Part shown: positions 32,724-33,000 of the stretch, in pieces
Position numbering within the stretch: the stretch's first letter is position 1
Layout: every line of letters begins with the position of its first letter
DNA from: Octopus sinensis
Lineage: Eukaryota
Assembly: GCF_006345805.1 (NCBI RefSeq)
Contig: NC_043004.1
Location: 54,002,001-54,035,000, forward strand
Reading direction: 5' to 3'
DNA length: 33,000 nucleotides
Made by a program: the position numbers and the translations under genes
The notes under the pieces: model-generated
What the model saw: the letters and a program-made list of their open reading frames with translations, nothing else
Told to the model about the DNA's origin: nothing
Databases searched by the model: none

Positions 32724-33000
32724 TCTTTATATATAAAAGTGAAGTTGTGTGTCTGTCTCCTATGATTTAGATTCCTAACTACTCCCACATTTTGCGGTGC
32801 AGTTTAACCAAAACCGGGTATCTTATAGTCGTGATTCACATCGAGCCCTTCTGGGTATTAGCGCGCGTCTACGATGAGTCTACGATTTAAAAAAAAATTT
32901 ACCATCATTTTTTTCCATTTTAATGCATTTTTTTCGCTATTATATAAGGGAAGTAAATCTCTAAAAATGTCTACGATGAGTCAACGATTTTTTAAAAAGT
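32724..33000 (+). mobile_element. Probable 5' end of a non-autonomous Helitron-type element, running off the window
   Basis: Begins A|TC TTTATATATAAAAGTGAAGTTGTGTGTCTGTC, resembling Helitron 5'-TC termini followed by TATATAAAA and GTCTGT motifs. GTCTACGATGAGTC.ACGATTT is repeated internally. The diagnostic 3' hairpin/CTRR end is not in the window. Confidence 0.5.

Overview
AT-rich eukaryotic DNA crowded with microsatellites, most likely intronic or intergenic sequence from an octopod cephalopod. That assignment is inferred from recognisable tRNA-derived SINE families and the repeat landscape, not proven. No intact protein-coding gene is supported, and nearly all listed ORFs are translations of simple repeats. 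The window is a transposon graveyard: two internally deleted mariner elements, pogo/Tigger and hAT (Charlie/Buster-like) relics, three R4/Dong-type non-LTR relics (RT plus restriction-like endonuclease), other LINE 3' ends, Penelope-like fragments (RT, GIY-YIG, ribozyme-bearing tail), about 17 SINE copies and a probable Helitron-type end. The standout is a 409-bp near-perfect foldback (28419-28827; arms about 165 bp) whose 78-nt loop holds a minimal type-I hammerhead ribozyme motif with one core substitution. A second, more degenerate hammerhead-like motif lies at 2141-2182 on the minus strand. One plausible orphan 96-nt exon (22937-23032) is the only hint of a host gene. All peptide-family assignments were made by eye from motifs, without database searches.
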